Assembly: GCA_022822215.1 (NCBI GenBank) | Contig: JAJECD010000236.1 | Span: 1-35,788 of the forward strand | Reading direction: 5' to 3' | Source of the DNA: Candidatus Poribacteria bacterium | GTDB lineage: Bacteria; Poribacteria; WGA-4E; WGA-3G | Length of the DNA stretch: 35,788 nt | Shown here: in pieces, positions 29,674-35,788 of the stretch | Numbering within the stretch: the stretch's first letter is position 1 | How the letters are laid out: the number at the start of each line of letters is the position of its first letter | Made by a program: the position numbers and the translations under genes | The notes under the pieces: model-generated | What the model saw: only the letters and a program-made list of their open reading frames with translations | Told to the model about the DNA's origin: nothing | Database searches by the model: none

Positions 29674-30873
29674 ATGAAATTAACCTTTAAGTATCCTACG
29701 AAAACACAGGAAGAAACAGTGTTAGCGTGGCTTGACCATCTCTGCGAACTCCAGAACTCCGCACGCAATAACCGAAAGCATGCACACGAAGAAGAAGGTC
29801 GTTTTGTTTCGCGATATGACCAAGAGCAACTTTTGAAAGTTGCCCGTGAGAAATATGACGACTTTCGGGAAGTCCCTCAAGATTTTCAAGTTTCTATTCT
29901 CAAACGTGTTGATAAAGCATTTGATGCGTTCCGGAGACGGTGTAAAGAAGGTGCGGCGAAAAAAGGCTACCCTCGCTATAAAAAGCGTGTCCGTTCTTTG
30001 ACGTGGTGCTTGCGAAAGCACAAACTTAAAACCGGTGAACGAGTTCGTCAAAACCCGATCCGCGAAACAGGCTTTCGCCATAACCGCTTGAAAGTGCCGA
30101 AGTTGGGTGAAGTCAAGATACGGATGCACCGTCCGTTTGAAGGGGATCCGAAAGAAGTCACGCTCGTGAAAAAAGCAAGTGGCTGGTATGCTTATATTAC
30201 TTGTGAAATCCCCAACACTCCGAAAGTCGAACCGACGGATGCGATCGCTGTTGACGTTGGCACGACAAACTATCTGACGACTTCTGAAGGCGAAAAGGAA
30301 GATAACCCGCGTTGGTATCGCCAAGCAGAAGGATTGCTGCATAAACACAACCAGACGATGGCACGCCGAAAGAAAGGCTCTAAACGCTGGTATAAAGCGG
30401 GGCATGCCGTTGCGCTTCATCATGAACGAACTGCTAATAAACGCAAAGACTTCATTGGTAAACTCGTCTACAAACTTTTTCATCATTGCGAAAATAACGT
30501 GCTTATCACTGAAGACCTCAGCGTATCTAACATGGTTCAGAATAAGCACCTCAGCAAGAGCATTTCGGATGCGTCTTGGGGTAAATTTTTTGAATGGTGT
30601 GGGAACATAGCCGAAAGAGACGGTTTCCACTTCCATCAAGTTGCTCCCAAGAACACTTCGCAAACGTGCTCTGCTTGTGGTAAGAAATCGCCAAAGAAAC
30701 TCTCTTTAGCGATACGGACCTTTAATTGTAGTTTTTGTGGCACGGTTTTAGACCGAGACCACAATGCTGCGATAAACATACTCTTACGGGCGGCTTGCGC
30801 CCATCGTGGAGAGCGTTGGGTTACCACCCTCTATGAAACGAGAAACACAAACGAAGCACGGGACGCGGGCTGA
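29674..30873 (+). CDS. tnpB: RNA-guided endonuclease TnpB
   Basis: GYPRYK, LKVPKLG, RuvC-I AVDVG, RuvC-II TEDL, Zn finger CSAC...CSFC, RuvC-III DRDHNAAINI. Confidence 0.95.
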   Translation: MKLTFKYPTKTQEETVLAWLDHLCELQNSARNNRKHAHEEEGRFVSRYDQEQLLKVAREKYDDFREVPQDFQVSILKRVDKAFDAFRRRCKEGAAKKGYPRYKKRVRSLTWCLRKHKLKTGERVRQNPIRETGFRHNRLKVPKLGEVKIRMHRPFEGDPKEVTLVKKASGWYAYITCEIPNTPKVEPTDAIAVDVGTTNYLTTSEGEKEDNPRWYRQAEGLLHKHNQTMARRKKGSKRWYKAGHAVALHHERTANKRKDFIGKLVYKLFHHCENNVLITEDLSVSNMVQNKHLSKSISDASWGKFFEWCGNIAERDGFHFHQVAPKNTSQTCSACGKKSPKKLSLAIRTFNCSFCGTVLDRDHNAAINILLRAACAHRGERWVTTLYETRNTNEARDAG

Positions 30874-30963
30874 GAGACTGCTGAACAACTGTTGTTCAGC
30901 GACCTCTTAACAAGCCCAAGTCTTTAGGCTTGGGTACATTGACTTTTTGAGAAGGACCATGAG
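30780..30963 (+). ncRNA. Predicted TnpB omegaRNA (5' boundary approximate)
   Basis: Established position overlapping the tnpB 3' end and right end. Contains a perfect inverted repeat GCTGAACAAC-T-GTTGTTCAGC (30880-30900) and the right-end hairpin. The guide is predicted to start at 30944. Confidence 0.6.
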
Positions 30964-31828
30964 AGATTACTACGAGATCCTCGGTGTAGACCGAAGAGCG
31001 ACCCCAGAAGAAATTAAGAAAGCGTATCGCAAACTCGCAGTTCAGTATCATCCGGACAAAAATCCTGGTGACAAAGGGGCAGAAGAGAAATTCAAAGAAG
31101 CATCGAATGCCTATTCGGTACTCTCCGACCCAGAAAAGCGACGCGTCTATAACACACGCGGGCATGCTGGCGTGAATAACATGGGGTTTGAAGGCTATAC
31201 GACGATGGACGACATCTTCGCGAACCTGAACCTCGACGATATTTTTGGGCGCGGCGGGTTTGGTGGATTCGGTGGGTTCGGCGATGCCTTCGGCGATGCC
31301 TTTGGTCAACGGCGTACAACTGCGCCTACACGGGGACGCGACATCCGCATGAACATCAGTATCCCTTTCGGGGACGCAATATTGGGTAACAAGAAAGAGG
31401 TCACTGTCCGAGGAAAGCGGATCACCCTTACAATTCCACCCGGTATTGAGAACGGAAAAACCTTACGCATACGAGGTCAGGGCGAATCTCTTGGTATTGG
31501 CATGTCGGGTGATTTATTGGTAACGGTCTCTGTGCAGCCGCATCCGACATTGACCAGCGACGGCTTAGATTTGTTGACAGATGCAAAAATCTCTATGACG
31601 ACCGCAGCATTAGGGGGTTCGGTTCGTGTGAAAACGCTAACTGATGATGTGGATTTAAAGATCCCGCCGGGTGCGCAGCCTGGACAGCAATTACGTCTAC
31701 GTGGGCGGGGTGGAACGGATACCTCTGGACGGAAAGGGGATTTACGGGTGCGATTGGTTGTAGAGATACCGAAATCGTTGTCTCGCAAGCAGCGGAATTT
31801 GCTCAAGGAATTTGAGAAGACGCTGTGA
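30959..31828 (+). CDS. DnaJ class B (CbpA-like) co-chaperone
   Basis: [16 protein letters not shown]-rich linker, C-terminal domain, no CxxCxGxG Zn repeats; AAGGA RBS before ATG 30959. Confidence 0.92.
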   Translation: MRDYYEILGVDRRATPEEIKKAYRKLAVQYHPDKNPGDKGAEEKFKEASNAYSVLSDPEKRRVYNTRGHAGVNNMGFEGYTTMDDIFANLNLDDIFGRGGFGGFGGFGDAFGDAFGQRRTTAPTRGRDIRMNISIPFGDAILGNKKEVTVRGKRITLTIPPGIENGKTLRIRGQGESLGIGMSGDLLVTVSVQPHPTLTSDGLDLLTDAKISMTTAALGGSVRVKTLTDDVDLKIPPGAQPGQQLRLRGRGGTDTSGRKGDLRVRLVVEIPKSLSRKQRNLLKEFEKTL

Positions 31829-31930
31829 CAAATACAAACCAGCACCAAGCCAGTGTTATGTTTCTTTTAATTCAACGCCGCGTAGTATGTGATTCAGAGA
31901 TCCTACCAAAAGTAACAAAAAATAAGAACT

Positions 31931-32161
31931 ATGCCAACCCGACTTGAACTCATTCATAGTAATATAATGGAAGCAGAAGTTGATGCTATCGTGAACCCAA
32001 CAGACCTTGTTCTCAGTGGTGGGGGCGGTCTGGACCGGGTCATTCGTCAAGCTGCTGGTGAAGAGGTGGATCTGGCATGTGAGGGGATTCGCGAAAATTA
32101 TGGTGGTTGTCAAACCGGTATTGGATTTCGTTTGTTCTGCTTTCTCGGAGAAAAAAAGTAA
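31931..32161 (+). pseudogene. Truncated macrodomain (ADP-ribose binding/hydrolase) gene
   Basis: VDAIVNPTD..LSGGGGLDRVIRQAAG...GGCQTG, after which homology is lost; only 76 aa. Confidence 0.75.
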
Positions 32162-32386
32162 AAGCCCTATAAAGTTTTTGGTATAACATAGTATTGGAAA
32201 AGAGTAAGTGCCAAATGTTCACATGGAAAAAAAAGATTCAGCAGTTTGAAGCACTCCTTAACAATCTAAAAAATGACCTGTTGGCTTGAAAACCTTGCCG
32301 CAAAACGAAGACAAAAATCTATTTTCAAAGGAGATTGAAGGAACTTAAAAAAAACGTCGTAATATGAAAACTCAGGGAGTTTAACA

Positions 32387-32749
32387 ATGGAACTGGAAGG
32401 TTATTTTGACTTCATTCAAGAAGGGGTCATCCGGATTAAAGGGAATCGCATTGACATCGAGATTGTATTAGAAGATTATCTGGAAGGCGCGAGTCCGGAA
32501 GAAATTCTGCTACGCTATCCAACCTTAAACCTTGAAAAAATACACGCAACTATCCTCTACTATCTGGCGAAAAAAGAGGAAGTGGAAGCATATCTTGAAC
32601 GGGTGAGGCAACTTGACGAGGAAGCGGAACAAGAACAACTACGGAATCCATCACCTTTCGTGGTTGAATTACGGGAACGTTTCGCAAAGGCTTCCCAAGA
32701 ATTGCTTGAGGCTGAAGGCAAACGTACCAGATCGGCAGATGTCTTATGA
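32387..32749 (+). CDS. DUF433 family putative antitoxin
   Basis: IRIKGNRIDIE...GASPEEILLRYPTLNLEKIHATILYY. Confidence 0.9.
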   Translation: MELEGYFDFIQEGVIRIKGNRIDIEIVLEDYLEGASPEEILLRYPTLNLEKIHATILYYLAKKEEVEAYLERVRQLDEEAEQEQLRNPSPFVVELRERFAKASQELLEAEGKRTRSADVL

Positions 32750-33105
32750 GACCTCGATTTCTCCTTGATGAAAACATGGATCGAGCGATTCAGCGGCAGC
32801 TCCAACGATTGAGTCCAGAAATAGACGTGAAGTTGGTGGGAGATGCGCAAGTGCCGCCACGAGGAACGTCTGATCCAGACATTTTGATGTGGATAGAAGA
32901 CAATGATTATATTTTGGTTACCAGAAACCGTAAGACGATGCCAAAGCACTTTAAGGAGCATCTGGCTGCGGGCAGGCAAGTCCCAGGAGTACTTTGCATC
33001 CGAAAATCTGTAGCGATGACAGAGCTCATCAATGTGTTATATCTGATTTGGTATGCTTCCGATGCTGAGGAGTATCGCGATAGGTTGGTATTCATCCCGC
33101 TATAA
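32746..33105 (+). CDS. DUF5615 PIN-like putative toxin
   Basis: FLLDENM, GTSDPDIL, ILVTRN; ATGA coupling to the DUF433 gene. Confidence 0.88.
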   Translation: MRPRFLLDENMDRAIQRQLQRLSPEIDVKLVGDAQVPPRGTSDPDILMWIEDNDYILVTRNRKTMPKHFKEHLAAGRQVPGVLCIRKSVAMTELINVLYLIWYASDAEEYRDRLVFIPL

Positions 33106-33239
33106 TATCCAATGGGTTCGCTAAAACACTGAGAATCTATTAAATAATTGGTGTAGAGATATTGAAGTATAGATGATCGATTCATTTTTGACATCGGATT
33201 TCATCGAAATAGACATAAATGCTGTGCAAGAAATAACCT

Positions 33240-35558
33240 TTGTCGTATTGGTTGGAAGCGGATAATAATCTCCGCCGCAATGTGGAATATACGAGAAACC
33301 AATTGAAAAAGACTAAGATTTTTCATTCATTCGCCGAGTGTAATAAAGAGGTTCAACGTCTAAAACTTTTGCAAAAGCAGCATCCGCTTTGTCCTGAAGC
33401 TATACCGCTGGAACTGGCTGACTTAGATCAGTGGATAGTTTGGTCTTACGAAGTTTGTCGGTGGCAAAATGGGATGTTCGGTGTCGGTAAAGTTCCTTAT
33501 CAAGCCAGGAATCCCAATGAAAAAGCATCGAGAACTACGTCATTGGATTGGTGTGACTTGGAAACAGCTGTACAGTGTGTGAAAAATAATCAGTATCATG
33601 TTGATGGTATCGGCTTCGTTTTTTCGCGCGAAGACGGTCTCAGTGGTGTTGATTTTGATAACTGTCGTGACCCTTTAACAGGACACATCCGTAAAGAATA
33701 CCAATTTTGGATTGACGCACTCGGCGGATACGCTGAAGTTAGTCCTTCGCGTACTGGTGTAAAGGCTTGGGTGAAAGGAACTGTATCCGATAGATATTTT
33801 AAAACTGAAAAATCAACAGGATTCAGAATTCTGAATTTCGCGGGTGGTGAAATAGAAGTCTATCGGCGAGGCCAATACTTCACAGTTACAACGCAACGCT
33901 TAAAAGACGCGTGGTGGCTTGCTCCAGCTCAGACGGAATTGGATGTTCTCAGCGAATGGTCCCTGTCAAAGGTTAGCAGAGATATATCATACTACTTCTC
34001 GTCAGCACTCTTGTCTATGCAAGAAACTATGATAAGTGAGTTATCTTTGCCCGGACCTACGGATGAAGATGCGAAGCGCGAGTTGTCCTTGTTGCAGAAG
34101 TATTGGGATGAAATAAGTTATGGATATATTGATGAATCATCAATAACACAAGGAGTGGTAGAGATGCCCACTGATTTTGATCTATATCCTATTGGAGATG
34201 TATCTTATGTTAACATTGGTCAGTCTCGATGCCACCGATGCGGTAGGAAGTGTGAACCACAATATGAATTATGTAGTGATTGCTATAGGGACGGGGAACC
34301 TGAGTATAAGGTAAAGGAGGCAGTTTTTAACTATTTCTCCAAACCCAAATTTCAGAAAGATGGTTTTTTTCCAAAGTATGAACATAAGATTCGTATTGGG
34401 ACTTATACACCTCGCCCCGATGTCGTTCTTTTTGATCAACAAGGAAATTTGGCGGCTATTGCAGAGTGCAAACGGAGTGGAGTCACAAATTATGGAATTA
34501 AACAGTTAAAATCTTATCTCACCATGAGCGATGCGCAATTTGGGGTATTTGCTAATAGTACTGAACCGGATAAATGGATCTATTTTGAGAATTTGCGTAG
34601 ATATAATTTTAAACAAGATGTATCACGTTCTCAATTTGAAACAGAGATTGTTACAGATCGATCAATAGAGTCCATTCGTGAAGAGAAAGCCAGACTCGTT
34701 AGAGAAACCGAACAAGCAAATATCCAACTAACGAAAGAAGTTTGTTCGTTAAGTGTTAAGAAAGATCAATTGCAAAATGAGATGACAACACAGAAGCAAC
34801 AGCATATACTCCTAAAGCAACAATGTATGCGTCTATTACAAAAAATAAGTTTCTTAGAGCGAGACAAGGACAGGCTTGAGAAAAATCGAAATAAAATCAA
34901 GCTTGAGCGAAAAGTCCAGCGAGAAGCACTAAAAAAAATAAGTTCTGATTTAGATGGGCGTATTAAGCATAAAACCTCCCTAATTCAAGAACTTGAATCA
35001 AAATTGGGCGAACTAGAAGTAACATTTGCCCAAAAACCTATTTATGGAGAAATTGAAAAAGAACTTAAACGATTAAATGAACTGGAATCAGAAATCACGC
35101 GGAAGCAACAAGCAGTTGGAAGATATAAGGAAAAGTATGCTGCTTATGAAAAAAATAAAGTAGAAATCAATCAAAAAATACAACGACTCGTCCAAGTTTC
35201 GGAAAAAAGGGAATCTATTCTCAAGCAACTTAGGGTAGTAGTTAATCGATTAAAAACAACGAACCTTGAACAAGAGGCACAAATTGAAAGGCATCGGGAA
35301 CAATTAGTACAAGATTTGCGAAAGCAAGGATCTATTTCCACTCAACTTACGGCAGAAATCAACCAGTTAAAAGAAACGCAATCTAGATTGGAAACGGAAA
35401 TTATGGAAAAGACACAGCAATCCCCGGACGAGGAAAAAGAAATGCGTCCTGCTTATATACAGATTCAGGTACAAATTGATAAACTGGAAGCAGAAAAATC
35501 TAAACTTGAATCAGAAATTGGGCATCGAATTTTTATGCTTCAACTTCAGAAAGATTGA
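33240..35558 (+). CDS. Multidomain fusion: phage-type prim-pol (AEP) + Zn finger + HsdR_N-like PD-(D/E)xK nuclease + coiled coil
   Basis: IPLELADLDQWIVW, GKVPY, GIGFVF, GVDFDNC, YAEVSPSRTG, IEVY..GQYFTVT; CHRC-x10-CSDC; RPDVVL...IAECKR...QLKSY; about 290 aa of heptad-rich C-terminus. Start codon uncertain. Confidence 0.8.
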   Translation: MSYWLEADNNLRRNVEYTRNQLKKTKIFHSFAECNKEVQRLKLLQKQHPLCPEAIPLELADLDQWIVWSYEVCRWQNGMFGVGKVPYQARNPNEKASRTTSLDWCDLETAVQCVKNNQYHVDGIGFVFSREDGLSGVDFDNCRDPLTGHIRKEYQFWIDALGGYAEVSPSRTGVKAWVKGTVSDRYFKTEKSTGFRILNFAGGEIEVYRRGQYFTVTTQRLKDAWWLAPAQTELDVLSEWSLSKVSRDISYYFSSALLSMQETMISELSLPGPTDEDAKRELSLLQKYWDEISYGYIDESSITQGVVEMPTDFDLYPIGDVSYVNIGQSRCHRCGRKCEPQYELCSDCYRDGEPEYKVKEAVFNYFSKPKFQKDGFFPKYEHKIRIGTYTPRPDVVLFDQQGNLAAIAECKRSGVTNYGIKQLKSYLTMSDAQFGVFANSTEPDKWIYFENLRRYNFKQDVSRSQFETEIVTDRSIESIREEKARLVRETEQANIQLTKEVCSLSVKKDQLQNEMTTQKQQHILLKQQCMRLLQKISFLERDKDRLEKNRNKIKLERKVQREALKKISSDLDGRIKHKTSLIQELESKLGELEVTFAQKPIYGEIEKELKRLNELESEITRKQQAVGRYKEKYAAYEKNKVEINQKIQRLVQVSEKRESILKQLRVVVNRLKTTNLEQEAQIERHREQLVQDLRKQGSISTQLTAEINQLKETQSRLETEIMEKTQQSPDEEKEMRPAYIQIQVQIDKLEAEKSKLESEIGHRIFMLQLQKD

Positions 35559-35763
35559 GATTTCTTATGATGTGGTATGTACTTAATAACTGGAAATCTC
35601 ATCCGTAATATTCAATGATAAACATCCGAAAGATACAGGTAGTTCTTATTGTCCTATTTGGTGGTCTGATGTATGTGGATTTCTTTATAAATCACGAAGG
35701 AAATACATGAAATAGGATATAAGTGCCTCAATTGTTTCCACACTAAAAATATAAGGAGAGCAA

Positions 35764-35788
35764 ATGATCTCATTATCACAACGGAGTC
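35764..35788 (+). CDS. Start of an unidentified gene cut by the window edge
   Basis: AAGGAGAG RBS, then ATG ATC TCA TTA TCA CAA CGG AGT. Confidence 0.4.

Larger units (their letters stand above)
29462..30943 (+). mobile_element. Non-autonomous tnpB-only IS200/IS605 (IS1341-like) element, 1482 bp
   Basis: Left end: TCAC|TAAAAACTACGGATTG-GAAG-CCCAAAGATTTATCTTTGG hairpin. Right end: CAAG-CCCAAGTCTTTAGGCTTGGG-TACAT-TGAC|. Guide/cleavage tetranucleotides GAAG:TCAC and CAAG:TGAC follow the IS608 pairing pattern. No tnpA and no target duplication. Confidence 0.85.

Noticed and set aside
29722-30663. 313-aa antisense ORF
   Set aside because: Shadow of tnpB with no protein-like motifs.
29674-30873. 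Nuclease-dead TldR or Cas12 with a CRISPR array
   Set aside because: All three RuvC acidic residues are present, IS ends are intact and no repeat-spacer array is nearby.
31255-31305. Short tandem repeats (TTCGGCGATGCC x2)
   Set aside because: They encode the normal G/F-rich linker of DnaJ.
33240-35558. Type I R-M system, SMC protein or prophage replication gene
   Set aside because: No helicase or Walker motifs, no HsdM/HsdS and no phage structural or integrase genes in the window.
1-35788. tRNA/rRNA genes, a second TnpB guide target, and the many short overlapping ORFs
   Set aside because: No tRNA or rRNA recognised; no extended TCAC+guide match seen by eye (not exhaustive); the short ORFs are alternate-frame shadows of well-supported genes.

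Overview
Bacterial chromosomal window of roughly 50% GC that becomes clearly AT-richer after about 31.85 kb. The gene content suggests a Candidatus Poribacteria-like genome (inference only): two PhyH dioxygenases, two enolase-family dehydratases, a WD40+dockerin gene, REP-like and heptamer repeats, and several TA modules. In order it holds: the 3' part of a groEL with a His-rich tail; two hypothetical genes; a VWA-GATase/DUF4159/DUF4175 membrane operon, whose likely MoxR ATPase lies about 15 kb away; a Tat-type glycoside hydrolase; a stomatin; a decayed WD40-dockerin gene; catabolic enzymes; BrnTA; ugd, moxR, an HddA-like kinase, hup, asd and mtnK. A tnpB-only IS200/IS605 element follows, and its ends (29462-30943), TAM (TCAC) and guide can be read from the sequence. 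The guide is the RBS and start codon of the downstream dnaJ-like gene. The window ends in an AT-rich putative defence island with a macrodomain remnant, a DUF433/PIN TA pair and a 772-aa fusion of a phage-type primase-polymerase domain, Zn finger, HsdR_N-like PD-(D/E)xK nuclease and long coiled coil. That fusion is the best candidate for an undescribed system. All family assignments come from motif recognition by eye; no searches were run.
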